A DNA stretch of 64,000 bases from Cyanobacteria bacterium auto_48_18 (GCA_036170915.1 JAVHQC010000035.1:256001-320000), one strand, 5' to 3'; numbered from the stretch's first letter, positions 20,078-30,538 are shown. Numbers and translations: made by a program. Notes: generated from the letters alone by a model not told the origin.

Positions 20078-20677
20078 CTACTGATTTATTGGTTGGGCCA
20101 CGTCAATTCCATCGCCTGTGGCCTGTGACACCCGCTCACCTTCGACATTGAGAAAGACTTTCGCCTTACCGGCCGCTGGCGCCACCTCTTCCACTGTGCG
20201 CTTGAGTTGATTCATGCGCATTTCAAAAGAATCAGCCCCACTACCAGCGAGAAAACGTTTTGAAAGATTGAGAGCAATGCCTTCGCCTTTGGCTTTCGTC
20301 ACTGAGATGAGAACAGTTCCTTTTGGAATTTCGCTGCCCAGGCCTTGCGCTTCTTCTTCAGCCTCTGGCCCTTTAACGAGCTCAGAGACTGCGCTCTCAA
20401 GCATTTGCATGATTGGAGTTTGACCAGCCTCTGCACTGCCTGACAGTCGTAAATTGCGTTTGACCGGAACGATTTCAAATTTGTCGTCGGCGCTTTTTAT
20501 AAACCAGACGTGACTTTGGCCACAACGCGGATCGCCTACCGGTGAATTGCCGCTCACCAGGCTGCCGCTTACCTTCTTCTTCTCTTGCAAAATCGTACGT
20601 TGACCGGCACACTGACTCAAAAGCGGAATTAAACTCACAAGCAGCATGAGCTGCACCAGCCTATTTCTATTTGTCAT
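20078..20677 (-). CDS. GerMN domain lipoprotein
   Basis: Lipobox LSQC; LVKGP...LGSEIPKGTVL...LNLSKRF and VFLNVEG are GerMN signatures. Start chosen to fit the signal peptide. Confidence 0.8.
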   Translation of the reverse strand: MTNRNRLVQLMLLVSLIPLLSQCAGQRTILQEKKKVSGSLVSGNSPVGDPRCGQSHVWFIKSADDKFEIVPVKRNLRLSGSAEAGQTPIMQMLESAVSELVKGPEAEEEAQGLGSEIPKGTVLISVTKAKGEGIALNLSKRFLAGSGADSFEMRMNQLKRTVEEVAPAAGKAKVFLNVEGERVSQATGDGIDVAQPINQ

Positions 20678-20784
20678 AAGTTTCCAATTTTTTGATTCCT
20701 TATCGAGTCGAGTCTTCTCATTTTTTGACATCAATAATTTGTTTAACAGTGCCACGAAAATACTGCCCAACGTCAAACTCTTCA

Positions 20785-23700
20785 TCATGTATTTGCACTC
20801 GCAGCCGCAGCGTCATGTTTTTGTCTTTTCATCGTGAAGCGAGCTAAAAGCGGTACGAATATAAGTGTAAACAAAGTGGAGAGAGAAAGTCCGCCGATGA
20901 CTGTTATGGCGAGCGGTCGATGCAATTCTGACCCGGCTCCGTGACTAAGCCACAACGGTGTCAGAGCAAGCAAGGTGCAAAGCGTTGTCATCAGTATTGG
21001 TCGCAATCGAATAATGCCTGCTTCTACTAAGGCTTCTTCAGGTGATAGTCCCTGATCTTGCAGACGGTTTGCGTATTCCAGTAAAATAATTCCGTTCTTT
21101 ACAACAAGCCCTACAAGCAGTATCAGTCCCATGAACGAAGAAACATTCAATGGCGTGCCAGTTCCAAGAAGAGCCAAACCAACACCAAGCATGCCGAGAG
21201 GTAAGACGAGCAGTATGGAAAGCGGCTGCAGGAATGAACGGAACTGAATGATCATCATGAGGTAAACAAGCGCGGTGGCAAGCAACAACACGAGCAATAG
21301 CTGCTGAAAGCTTTCTTGTTGACTCAGGTATATGCCACCGATGTTTACTGAAACACCCGTAGGAAGCGACATCGGTTTTAAAATGGTCCGAATTTCTTCA
21401 ACCGTGGAACCAAGATCACGCCCTTCTATACTGGCTTCAACAGACACATATCGTTGTTGGTGCTCTCGCAAAATTTCAACTTCGGAGTTAATCTGCGATA
21501 TGGTGGCTATGGAATTGAGTGGAAGCACAGAGCCATTTTTGCCTAGTATCTGCAACTGACCAATCATGTCAGGATTGAACCGAACTTTGTCAGGAAACCT
21601 AACACGCACATCAACAAATTTGTCTCCTTGCCTCATCTGTGTTGCAACTTGGCCTAAAAATGCCGCTTTTACTTGATCTGTTACGTCGAGCGGTGTAAGT
21701 AAAAGCCGTCCAGCGCGTAGTGGATCCACTTGTATGTCGAACTGTGGAGCGCTGTCCTGGCTAGTTAAGGCAAGGTCGACCAAACCGTGAATTTTTTTCA
21801 GTTTTGCTTCAATCGTCTCTGCAACGGATCTTATGGCTTCGCGATTCTCGCCGAAAACGCGTATCTCAACTGGATTTCCGGCACCGGCTAAGTCATTGAG
21901 CTGATCGGCCAGAATCGGGTGAAACTCGGTTTCAACCTGTGGAATTCGCTCAGCAATCTTGCTGCGCTGCTCGTCCATAACATCCGACGTTGAACGTTTA
22001 CGTTGATCGTGTGGCCTCAGAACGACAAGAATGTCGCCGGTGTTCGGTTGAGTAGCAAATAATCCGAGCTCAGCGCCGGTTCTCCGTGTCCATGCCATTA
22101 CTTCTGGAGTTTCACCCAATATTTTTTCAATTTGTTGGCAAATTTGATCGGTATGGGGTAAGGAAGTTCCGGCAGGCATCAAATAGTCCAGAACATAGCT
22201 GCCTTCGTCCATCTCTGGCAAAAAGTCAGTGCCTATTATTGTAAACAAAAAGTATGAGGTAACAAGGATTACGACGGCGAACAAACCAGCGGCCAGAGGA
22301 TGACAAAGCGATGTTTTCAATACTCGACGGTACCAATCCCCTTTTTGATTGCTTGCCTCTTCTTTCTCTTTTGCATGGTGGCTTTGTTGTTTCATAACTT
22401 GCGCGCAAAAAATGGGCACGACGAACAAGGCGAGGAACAATGAAAAGGCAACAGCGCTGGCAAGCGTGATAGTGAGGGCAGTGAAAAACTGACCGGCTAC
22501 CCCTGAGATGAATCCCAACGGCAGAAAAACAACTAGAGTGGTGGCAGTCGAACTGGTTACAGGACCGGCTAACTCTTGGACAGCAGCAATTACGGCTTGA
22601 TCTGAGGTTAGTCCTTTCTGTAGCTGCCGGTGGATGTTCTCAACAATGACAATCGCGTCGTCTATTACTAAGCCTAATGCAATGGCTAAGCCGCCTAGCG
22701 ACATCAGGTTAAGGCTTTGGTGCATCAATGCCATGGTCGCGAAAGCTGCGGCGGCGCATAACGGAATCGTAAGAGCCGCTATCAGAGTGCTTTTCCAAGA
22801 ACGTAAAAAAGCAAACAGAATCGCGATTATAAAAACAATTCCAATGGCGATCTCTTGGAGGATTGAAGCCAATGCCTGGCGCACTAGCCTCGATTGATCG
22901 TAAGCCTTGCTTATTTTCACGCCACTAGGGAGTGTGGTTTTGATGCGCTCTATTTCTGCAGCAACTCCGTCAGAGACAGCCACGACATTACTACTTGGCT
23001 GTCGGAAAATGTTGACGACAATACCCTCTTTCCCGTCTGCACTGATCACACTGAGCGGATCACGGAATGAATTTGCAATAGTGGCGATGTCTTTCAAGTA
23101 AATCGGTTCGCTGCCGGAACGCGCTATGACTAAGTCGTAAAGCTGCTCGGGCTTAACTGACTCACCTGGCCCGACGATCAAGTTTTGCTTGTATCGATCG
23201 TCAACTCGTCCCAAGACTTCAATTTGATTCGTCCTAGTAAGTGCTGTCGCCACATCCACAATACTGATTTTGTAAGCGGCGAGTTTTGCGGGATCAACCT
23301 GCACAGCCACTTCGGGTATTTTTCCAGCTTGAGTTATTGCTCGTGCTACTCCAGGAACTTGCAGCAAGCGTGGTTCTATTTCGTATCTCACTGTGTTGTA
23401 CAAGTCAGAATCAGGCACAGTATCAGACGTTATGTTGTAATTGAGGACGGGGAAAATCGCCGGTGTCACTGGCTCTACAATAAGAGAGGCCGAAGCAGGC
23501 AAGCTGGCTCGAATTTCCGCTATCCTTGCTTGCACTTGCTGCCAGGCAAAATTCATGTCTGTACCCGGCTGGAACTCTATGGACAGCTCGCTGGCCCCTC
23601 GAATCGTTTTTGAGCGAATCCACCTGACGCGATAGGCCTGACTGGCAGCTTCTTCCATGGGTCGGGTCACGGTCAAAAGAACACGATCCGGTGCAATATC

Positions 23701-23862
23701 ACCGACGGCACCGATAACGGCAATACGGGGGAAGGCTAGTTCGGGATATACATCACTAGGAAGAGATTGAAACGACAGCACGCCAGCGATTGTAATGAGC
23801 ACGATGAGAAAGTATAGAGCGCGGCTCTGCTTCAGTAAGTACTGAAGTATTTGGGTGATCAT
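20785..23862 (-). CDS. RND efflux permease (AcrB/CzcA-like superfamily)
   Basis: 1025 aa; GLVIDDAIVIVENI (TM4), FLPEMDEG, GLVVKNGIIL and RLRPILMT. Confidence 0.95.
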   Translation of the reverse strand: MITQILQYLLKQSRALYFLIVLITIAGVLSFQSLPSDVYPELAFPRIAVIGAVGDIAPDRVLLTVTRPMEEAASQAYRVRWIRSKTIRGASELSIEFQPGTDMNFAWQQVQARIAEIRASLPASASLIVEPVTPAIFPVLNYNITSDTVPDSDLYNTVRYEIEPRLLQVPGVARAITQAGKIPEVAVQVDPAKLAAYKISIVDVATALTRTNQIEVLGRVDDRYKQNLIVGPGESVKPEQLYDLVIARSGSEPIYLKDIATIANSFRDPLSVISADGKEGIVVNIFRQPSSNVVAVSDGVAAEIERIKTTLPSGVKISKAYDQSRLVRQALASILQEIAIGIVFIIAILFAFLRSWKSTLIAALTIPLCAAAAFATMALMHQSLNLMSLGGLAIALGLVIDDAIVIVENIHRQLQKGLTSDQAVIAAVQELAGPVTSSTATTLVVFLPLGFISGVAGQFFTALTITLASAVAFSLFLALFVVPIFCAQVMKQQSHHAKEKEEASNQKGDWYRRVLKTSLCHPLAAGLFAVVILVTSYFLFTIIGTDFLPEMDEGSYVLDYLMPAGTSLPHTDQICQQIEKILGETPEVMAWTRRTGAELGLFATQPNTGDILVVLRPHDQRKRSTSDVMDEQRSKIAERIPQVETEFHPILADQLNDLAGAGNPVEIRVFGENREAIRSVAETIEAKLKKIHGLVDLALTSQDSAPQFDIQVDPLRAGRLLLTPLDVTDQVKAAFLGQVATQMRQGDKFVDVRVRFPDKVRFNPDMIGQLQILGKNGSVLPLNSIATISQINSEVEILREHQQRYVSVEASIEGRDLGSTVEEIRTILKPMSLPTGVSVNIGGIYLSQQESFQQLLLVLLLATALVYLMMIIQFRSFLQPLSILLVLPLGMLGVGLALLGTGTPLNVSSFMGLILLVGLVVKNGIILLEYANRLQDQGLSPEEALVEAGIIRLRPILMTTLCTLLALTPLWLSHGAGSELHRPLAITVIGGLSLSTLFTLIFVPLLARFTMKRQKHDAAAASANT

Positions 23863-25007
23863 TTTGGTGGCGCTCCTCGTTCCAGTATGGTTCCATCAAC
23901 CACACCATAGCCACCTGATGTAACTACTTCATCGCCACTGGACAAGCCTTCAAATACAGGTACCAAGCCATCTTGAGCATCGCCGACCGTAACCTTTGTA
24001 AGCTTTAGCTTGCCGTTGCGAACAACATAAACGAAGTGCTCTGCAGGATCATCTGCGCCAGGAACGAAAGATGTTTGTGGAACAAGCGCCGCTCTGCTTG
24101 CCACTGTTGCAATGGCGACATTGACTTGTTGTCCTTCTTTAAGTCTTCCTTGATCATTGTTACAGAGTAATTGAATCGAAGACGTATTCTTTACGGTATC
24201 AACAATCGGACTAATCGCGGTTACTCTCGCATTGTATTTGATTCCGGGTAGTGCAACGGTGGTGATGATGGCCGTCTGGCCAACTCTAGGATCAGCGGGG
24301 GAATCCGCAGGCATGTTTGCATCAACAATTACCGAACTTAAGTTGACTACGTGCGCAATCGGTTTGCTGGGATCGGTCATGTCACCAACGTTCAAAAACC
24401 GTTGAGCAATAACGCCAGCGATGGGGGATACAACCTTTGTCCATGCCAGTTGAGTAGAAACATTCAATGGTGCGGCCTTTGCTTCTGCTACTCGGGCTTG
24501 AGCAGCTTCCACCTGGGCTTTCAACAAGTCAACCTGGCTCTGGGCAGCAATTACATCCTTTTCCGCAATGATATCTTTGGTAAATAAAGCCTCGGATCGA
24601 CTGAGGTTTTTTTGCGCAAGATCAAGTGCAATCTTTGCCTGCTCAACCTGACTGAGAGCAGTGCGTTGGGGCGCCGTTGACTGTTGAAGTTGCGCCACTA
24701 ACTGCTGGTCGTCCAGCACTGCAACAAGCTGGCCTTTTGAAACTTTTTGTCCTGGCACCACAAGAACTTTGTTTATTTTTCCTGCGATGTTAGGTGTTAT
24801 AGAAACTGAATGATCTGGCAAAGCAGTTATCGTTCCCGGGAATGTAAGGCGCTTCTGAACTAAGACTATGCTTATGCGCATTGTCGGAAGGGATACCCGG
24901 TGTACCGCTTCAGTTTCTTCCTCATGTTTGGCTGCTTCTGGTTTTGTGCATCCTTGTAGCAAAAAAGCGAATCCTAGTGTCACAAAAATTTTCGTAGACT
25001 TCATCAT
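23859..25007 (-). CDS. RND periplasmic adaptor (membrane fusion protein), lipoprotein
   Basis: LQGC lipobox, lipoyl-like GQKVSKGQ and SPIAGVI motifs, coiled hairpin, GLSSGDEVVTSG. Confidence 0.93.
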   Translation of the reverse strand: MMKSTKIFVTLGFAFLLQGCTKPEAAKHEEETEAVHRVSLPTMRISIVLVQKRLTFPGTITALPDHSVSITPNIAGKINKVLVVPGQKVSKGQLVAVLDDQQLVAQLQQSTAPQRTALSQVEQAKIALDLAQKNLSRSEALFTKDIIAEKDVIAAQSQVDLLKAQVEAAQARVAEAKAAPLNVSTQLAWTKVVSPIAGVIAQRFLNVGDMTDPSKPIAHVVNLSSVIVDANMPADSPADPRVGQTAIITTVALPGIKYNARVTAISPIVDTVKNTSSIQLLCNNDQGRLKEGQQVNVAIATVASRAALVPQTSFVPGADDPAEHFVYVVRNGKLKLTKVTVGDAQDGLVPVFEGLSSGDEVVTSGGYGVVDGTILERGAPPK

Positions 25008-26362
25008 AAGAGTGGGTGTCCTACAGACTGTTCAAGGTCATTTAACGCAAGTTGGTATTCCAATATTGATTGGAGATATTGAGTGCGAAGAAGATTATTG
25101 CGTTGTTGAACATCAAGCACTGCGTTTATATCAGTGTGTCCCAATTTATAGCCGACATCGGTACTAACGACCAATTGCTCCGAAGTGGGAATTGCTTCTT
25201 TTATATATCGACGTATTTTTGCACGCGACATTTCTACACGGCGATAGGCCAATGCAACTTCAGATTCTATGATATTTCGCTGGCCTATTTCTGCCTTACT
25301 CCATTGATTGATTTCAGCCTTTGCTTTAGCTATTCGGCCTTGCTGTCGATCAAAAACCGGCAAGAACACTTGTGTTTGAACGTAGGGAACTTTTCGTAAC
25401 TGTGGTCCGTTTATCCGATCTTCGATCATCAATCCAGCGTTAACTAATCCACGTGGAAAGTTATCGCCTCTTGCCACTTTCAATTGCGCCCTTGCCACTT
25501 CAGCGGCTTGCTGAGCCACTTTAAGCTCGAATCTACTTTGAAATGCTTCTTCAACTAATTTTTGCCTGGGCGGCATCTCGGTCGAGAAATTTGGCAGAAG
25601 TCCAAAAGTGGTAGCCACGCTTTGCTCGTGCAGTAGTGAAGGCAGATTCATAGGACCATCAGCAGGTCTACCGATAAAAATATTTAGCTGTTCTCGATTG
25701 CGATCAATCATTATGTGCGCCTGTTCCGAATCTAATTCAGCTTGAATGACAGCCAGCTTCGCGCGATGAACATCAATCTTTGGCACATCGCCACTTTCAA
25801 ATCTGTTCTCCGCATTTGCATACAATCTTTTAGTGAGCGCCACCAGCTCATCTTGAGTAGCAGCTAGTTCCGAAGCCATTATCAATTCAGCGTACAGACG
25901 CCTTGCTTGACCTCGAAAATTCCACAGAACTTTGGCAAGCTCAAGATCGGCCTGCTCAACTTGCTTACGTGCGGCCATAAGGCGGAAAAGAATTAGCCAT
26001 GGCGCTTCAAATTGAATCATGCCCCCAAATTTATAAGTGAACTGAACTTGTAGATCAGTCATAACACCCGGATTGGGAAAGACCGTGGCTTGCTTGAGAG
26101 CTGACTTAGCTAAAGGTATTTGAGAGCGGGCCTGCTCAAGTCTTGGACTATTACTAAGACCTTCGTTCATTACCTGGTGAACAGTGACTATGCTGGAGCG
26201 CAGCAAGACAGTGTCTTGTTGCGGGGTCGACAAGGGCGGCTGCGGCACGGTTGCCGCATGCAACTTCCCATCTGGGCTTCCATAAATTAAGAGCACTAAA
26301 AGCAGACCGGTAATTGCTTGGCCACGTCTTTTTTTAGAAATCCATCTGGCCATGAGAGTCAT
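25004..26362 (-). CDS. TolC family outer membrane efflux protein
   Basis: OEP repeats (RFESGDVPKIDV; LPVFDRQQGRIAKAKA; GYKLGHTDINAVL). Confidence 0.9.
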   Translation of the reverse strand: MTLMARWISKKRRGQAITGLLLVLLIYGSPDGKLHAATVPQPPLSTPQQDTVLLRSSIVTVHQVMNEGLSNSPRLEQARSQIPLAKSALKQATVFPNPGVMTDLQVQFTYKFGGMIQFEAPWLILFRLMAARKQVEQADLELAKVLWNFRGQARRLYAELIMASELAATQDELVALTKRLYANAENRFESGDVPKIDVHRAKLAVIQAELDSEQAHIMIDRNREQLNIFIGRPADGPMNLPSLLHEQSVATTFGLLPNFSTEMPPRQKLVEEAFQSRFELKVAQQAAEVARAQLKVARGDNFPRGLVNAGLMIEDRINGPQLRKVPYVQTQVFLPVFDRQQGRIAKAKAEINQWSKAEIGQRNIIESEVALAYRRVEMSRAKIRRYIKEAIPTSEQLVVSTDVGYKLGHTDINAVLDVQQRNNLLRTQYLQSILEYQLALNDLEQSVGHPLL

Positions 26363-27648
26363 TCGTTCCTGCCAATAGATGTACTTCGTGCGCCTTTAAC
26401 ATCGACCTTAAATGAAGTATGTTTTCCGGGCTCACTAATCACCCCTATGGTGCCTTCATATTTTTCAACGATTGCCTTGACAATAGGCAGACCTAAACCA
26501 TTGCCACCATTGTGGTAAGAGCGGGCTTGGTCTGCTCGCCAGAAACGCTCAAAAACCTTCGGAAGGTCGTCTGCATTTATCCCGATTCCTGAATCGGTTA
26601 CGGTAATACGAATGCCTGCGTTAGTGACGGAAGCGGATATAGAGATAGTTCCAGCTTCTGGTGTGTACTTGATCGCATTGTCCAAAAGGTTTCTGAGAAC
26701 GCAGTCTAGATCATCATTGTCCATGTACACATAAAGATGTTCAGGTACTTCAACTTGAAATTTCAAGTTCTTTCGGCCAGCACCAGGAGCAGCTTTTTCA
26801 AGAGCCGACTGAACTTGCTGACTTAGTTCAAGTTGAAAGGGGCAAGGACCCAATTTGGGTTTCTCTGCAAACTGCTCGGTTCTCGCTAGCATTAGCAAGT
26901 CTTCTGTTAGCTTTTCTATTTGCAGAGCGCCGCTGGCAATTGACTCAAACTTATCTTTATCTGTTAATCGCATGCCATCGGCATGACGCAATGCCACATT
27001 TGAGTTGGTGCGAATAGCAGTGATTGGCGTGCGCAATTCGTGCGCAGCGTCTGCACAAAATTGCTGCAAGAGTTGGATGTTTTCTTCGATTGGCCGAAGT
27101 GATTGCCGTACTAATAAAAACACGCCGACACTACTAGCAGTGACTGCTACCAGCGCTCCGAGGATCAGACACTGAAGTAATAACGCTTTTTGGTTTTCAA
27201 TGGCAACAAGGGGATGCCCTACCCTGACGTACCCTAAAAGCTTTCCGTTTGCTATTGCGGGTTTGGTAAAAACTAAAGCACGAGGAATTGGTTGCCATTG
27301 ATACGATTCTCTGCGCTCAAGTGATACGGTTAAGGGCATAGCGCCCTTCTCGATATCGAGTTTGCCGTGTGGGTCAAACCATTGGATTCTCATACTCTTG
27401 AGAGTCGGTGCCGCCTCATCCGGAAGCGCAGAAACAATCAAATCCGGTTTTCCATTGTGGTCTTTGCCGTAATCATCAAAATCAATGGAAGAAATTGCAG
27501 AGTCTGCAATAGAGCGTAGTTTATCCTTCAGCTGGACATCAAAAGCTGAACATCCGAAGCAATAGACCGCTCCACAAAATATGGCAAGAACGGTGACGAA
27601 CACTACGATGTTCATAAACAATAAACGCTTTTGCCACTTCTCAAACAT
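26359..27648 (-). CDS. Sensor histidine kinase
   Basis: Two TM helices, H-box DAAHELRTP, N-box NLLDNAIKY, G1 DSGIGI, F-box FERFWR and G2 GNGLGL. Confidence 0.95.
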   Translation of the reverse strand: MFEKWQKRLLFMNIVVFVTVLAIFCGAVYCFGCSAFDVQLKDKLRSIADSAISSIDFDDYGKDHNGKPDLIVSALPDEAAPTLKSMRIQWFDPHGKLDIEKGAMPLTVSLERRESYQWQPIPRALVFTKPAIANGKLLGYVRVGHPLVAIENQKALLLQCLILGALVAVTASSVGVFLLVRQSLRPIEENIQLLQQFCADAAHELRTPITAIRTNSNVALRHADGMRLTDKDKFESIASGALQIEKLTEDLLMLARTEQFAEKPKLGPCPFQLELSQQVQSALEKAAPGAGRKNLKFQVEVPEHLYVYMDNDDLDCVLRNLLDNAIKYTPEAGTISISASVTNAGIRITVTDSGIGINADDLPKVFERFWRADQARSYHNGGNGLGLPIVKAIVEKYEGTIGVISEPGKHTSFKVDVKGARSTSIGRNE

Positions 27649-28321
27649 CGCTTCTTAATCTATAGCCAAAACCATAAACAGTCTCTATCACTTGCTCGCT
27701 TACGCCGACAGCAGCAATTTTCTTTCGCAATGTTTTTATATGCGTCTTGATTGTTTCTCTTCCCCCGACAGATTCTGGAGACCAGAGTTTATGGAGAAGT
27801 TCCTCGCCTCTGAAAATAGCTGTTGGATTATGTGCAAAATGCATGAGGAGTCGATACTCTGTCGGTGTCACGTCTATGACATTTCCCAGATAGGTTACGA
27901 GACAAGAAACTGTGTTTATTTGCAGGGGGCCACATGAGATTACTGATGAACGGCTGTGGGCGACTGAGCGTCGAAATAGCGCACGTACTCTTGCAGACAA
28001 CTCGTCCAAGTCGAATGGCTTTGTCACAAAGTCATCAGCACCACAATCTAACCCGACAACCTTGTCCACTTTGCCGGATCTAGCAGTGAGCATCAAAATT
28101 GCGCAAGAATTGCCGCTCTCTCGTAGCTGCTTGCAAACGCTAAAACCACTTAGCTTTGGAAGCATAAGATCAAGCAGAACAACATCATACTGACCTGCTT
28201 TAGCCATTTCGAGCCCTTGCAAACCATCATGAGCAACGTCAACCACATAATTTTGATGTTGCAATTCTTCCTTAAGTGGAACAGCTATGCGCTTATCGTC
28301 TTCAACTATTAGGATCTTCAT
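27641..28321 (-). CDS. OmpR/PhoB family response regulator
   Basis: MKILIVEDD, LLDLMLP, GADDFVTKPF and ETVYGFGY; start placed at ATG 28321. Confidence 0.95.
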   Translation of the reverse strand: MKILIVEDDKRIAVPLKEELQHQNYVVDVAHDGLQGLEMAKAGQYDVVLLDLMLPKLSGFSVCKQLRESGNSCAILMLTARSGKVDKVVGLDCGADDFVTKPFDLDELSARVRALFRRSVAHSRSSVISCGPLQINTVSCLVTYLGNVIDVTPTEYRLLMHFAHNPTAIFRGEELLHKLWSPESVGGRETIKTHIKTLRKKIAAVGVSEQVIETVYGFGYRLRSDV

Positions 28322-28347
28322 GTAGCTCGTCAATTACGTATTCGTCG

Positions 28348-28384
28348 AGTTTAAGGCAGGGCAGGTGAAGATCTGGTGAAGATC
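28348..28384 (-). promoter_or_regulatory. OmpR-type direct-repeat box with -10 element for the two-component/RND operon
   Basis: Minus strand GATCTTCACC-A-GATCTTCACC (perfect 10-mer at 11-bp period), then 10 bp, then TAAACT. Confidence 0.7.
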
Positions 28385-28460
28385 GACATTATGGATGTCT
28401 TTAATTTGATTCTCGAGACTGCAAATTCACTAAAACATGCACACCTCGAACCTAGCAAAC

Positions 28461-29573
28461 TCAGATACGGCCTTCGTCCGGTCGTCTAAAAGTAGATACC
28501 GGAGCAGCAACTGGCGCAGAAACCGGTTGAAGTTCTGGTTGAGCTTCGGGGGCAGGTGCAACTACCGGAGCTACTGGAGCTACTGGAATTACTGGTGTTA
28601 TTGGAGCTTTTGGTACCAGAAGCAGTTTACCATCACCGGCGATACCACCACCAGAAACATTTAAACCGGCCATGCGGAAAGCATGATCGCGTCTATCTAA
28701 GCGACTAAAATCAATCAGCGGGTTGAGTAGTTCTTGAGCGAATCGAGCAAACTTCTCCGGCTCTACAATATCTGGGCCTTCAACCTGCAAGTCTTGCAAA
28801 ATAATCTTACTGTCGCCCACGAGCTCAGGGCGGGCAGTAATCTTAATAGGTACGCCAGATTCAATAGTGCCGCCCTTGGTGACAAGCACTGCTTCTAAAA
28901 TAATTTTGTCGCCTACAATTTGCACTTTAGGATTAAGCGGTTCAAGCTGCTCTCCACCCAGGCCGGGCAAGTCTAACTTCAGACCACTGAGTGACGCGGT
29001 TAAGCGAGGGCTCTTAAGCGACTGAGCCAATTGCTCTTGATTTATGTTAGCGCTAATAAGCATCATAGTTGGTGCCTTAAAACCAGGGCGCTCGCCATTT
29101 TTCTTATTTCGATAATTGACCCAAATCGGATTCTGCGAAGCCATTTTCACCTGACCAAGCTTCATGCCTTTCATCTCAGGATCATCTACTTGCACTGCCA
29201 CAGATTTGACTTTACCGGCAATTAAATCAGTCAGGCTGTACGTTTTGACTTTTACTTTGACCTTGCCACCAGTTTTTTTGCGCACTGCAGCTTTGGCCAC
29301 CTGGCTAGCCACCACTTCAGTGACAAAGTTGATACCGGTAACGGTTTGCAGGGTGCGAGAAAACTTTGAGCCGATTTTAAAAGTAGGTTTTGGTGTGGCT
29401 GTCTTAATTTCAGGCCTCTCAGCATGAATCAGTGAGTTTGCTGAATCTGCTGACTTTCCTGAATCAGCTGACTTGGCCGATGCGTCTAAAGCTGCCTGCT
29501 CGGCCTGAGCACTGGGCATCATGGCCAAAAGTGTGAGAGCAATTAAAATTTTGATGTTAGTTGATTTCGGCAA
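28461..29573 (-). CDS. Exported DUF2993/LmeA-like phospholipid-binding protein with a Pro/Val/Ala-rich tail
   Basis: Signal peptide (AQA), DLIAGKVKSVAV and INQEQLAQSLKSP segments typical of DUF2993. Confidence 0.65.
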   Translation of the reverse strand: MPKSTNIKILIALTLLAMMPSAQAEQAALDASAKSADSGKSADSANSLIHAERPEIKTATPKPTFKIGSKFSRTLQTVTGINFVTEVVASQVAKAAVRKKTGGKVKVKVKTYSLTDLIAGKVKSVAVQVDDPEMKGMKLGQVKMASQNPIWVNYRNKKNGERPGFKAPTMMLISANINQEQLAQSLKSPRLTASLSGLKLDLPGLGGEQLEPLNPKVQIVGDKIILEAVLVTKGGTIESGVPIKITARPELVGDSKIILQDLQVEGPDIVEPEKFARFAQELLNPLIDFSRLDRRDHAFRMAGLNVSGGGIAGDGKLLLVPKAPITPVIPVAPVAPVVAPAPEAQPELQPVSAPVAAPVSTFRRPDEGRI

Positions 29574-29665
29574 AATGTCACCAACAGGCAGAAACAGGCG
29601 TGTTTATATCTACGCCACCGGCTGCACTATAGCAAAACCGCAAAACCATTACCAAGAGGAAGATT

Positions 29666-30538
29666 TTAAAGGTTGTGTGGCGGCTGAGGTTGCTGCGGCT
29701 GTTGTGGCGGTTGCGGCGGATTCATTTTATTCTGCAAAGCATCTTTGAGCATTTCGTTCTGGCGCAAGAGCGCCTTCAAGTGTTCATTGGCTATAGCCAA
29801 CTCAGCCTGCAGCTCAGCTACAGTTTGCTCGTGCGAGACACCAGTCACAGGGTCACGTCCGGGCATCTTAGGCAGCAGCACATAACCCAATTGAACAGCC
29901 TTCAATGCCGCCGCAGTTCGCGTAGGCACTTTGAGCTTGGCCAGAATGCACTCAATATGTTTTTCTACTGTGCGCAGCTTCATGTCGAGCTCTTCGGCAA
30001 TTTCTTTGTTGCGCAAATCAAGACGAATCAGCACTTCAATCTCTCTATCGGTGAGATTGCAGTTAGGCATATTTGTAGTCGGGGCTTGCTTAACCAGTTG
30101 CGTAATCTTGGGATCGCAATAAGGCAAACCACGTGTAATTTGTTCGATAGCTTCAAAGAGTGTGCGCGGTCCTGAGCTCTTGAGGCAAAATCCGCGGGCG
30201 CCGGCGCGCATCAGTTGATTGTGATATTTAGTGGCATGGTAAGAATCGGTCAGTACCAGCACATTGGCATTAGGCAGTTCCATGCTGACTCTGCGGCATA
30301 CTTCCACGCCATTGAGAACGTCCAGATCAACATCGAGAATGACAAAATCTGGCCTTAATCTGCGAATCATTTCAGTGGCGGCCATACCATCGGCAGCCTC
30401 ACCGACAATCTCTACAACTTCAGAAACTACTCGTTTGAGACCAAAACGAATTAATTCGTGTCTCTCACAGAGCACTGTTCGAGGCCGAAAAATTGAGGGT
30501 CTTTGCGTTGAATCCAAGAGTGTCTCCCGTCTATCCAT
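29666..30538 (-). CDS. NarL/LuxR family response regulator with a C-terminal coiled-coil and Q/P tail
   Basis: Receiver domain (RPDFVILDVDL, GFCLKS) and LuxR HTH (LTDREIEVL...NKEIAEEL...RTVEKHIECILAKL); divergent from the TPR-rpoB-like operon. Confidence 0.9.
   Translation of the reverse strand: MDRRETLLDSTQRPSIFRPRTVLCERHELIRFGLKRVVSEVVEIVGEAADGMAATEMIRRLRPDFVILDVDLDVLNGVEVCRRVSMELPNANVLVLTDSYHATKYHNQLMRAGARGFCLKSSGPRTLFEAIEQITRGLPYCDPKITQLVKQAPTTNMPNCNLTDREIEVLIRLDLRNKEIAEELDMKLRTVEKHIECILAKLKVPTRTAAALKAVQLGYVLLPKMPGRDPVTGVSHEQTVAELQAELAIANEHLKALLRQNEMLKDALQNKMNPPQPPQQPQQPQPPHNL

Noticed and set aside
20678..20788. GerMN gene as a sixth, translationally coupled member of the efflux operon
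   Set aside because: The lipoprotein signal fits a start near 20677, so the upstream ATG overlapping the RND stop is probably incidental.
28555..28612. 9-bp tandem repeat
   Set aside because: In-frame coding low complexity (PVIPVAPVAPV) in the tail of the DUF2993-like protein.
29675..30175. 166-aa antisense ORF and the many other 60-140 aa overlapping ORFs in the track
   Set aside because: They lie antisense or out of frame within well-supported genes and have no recognisable motifs; treated as shadow ORFs.
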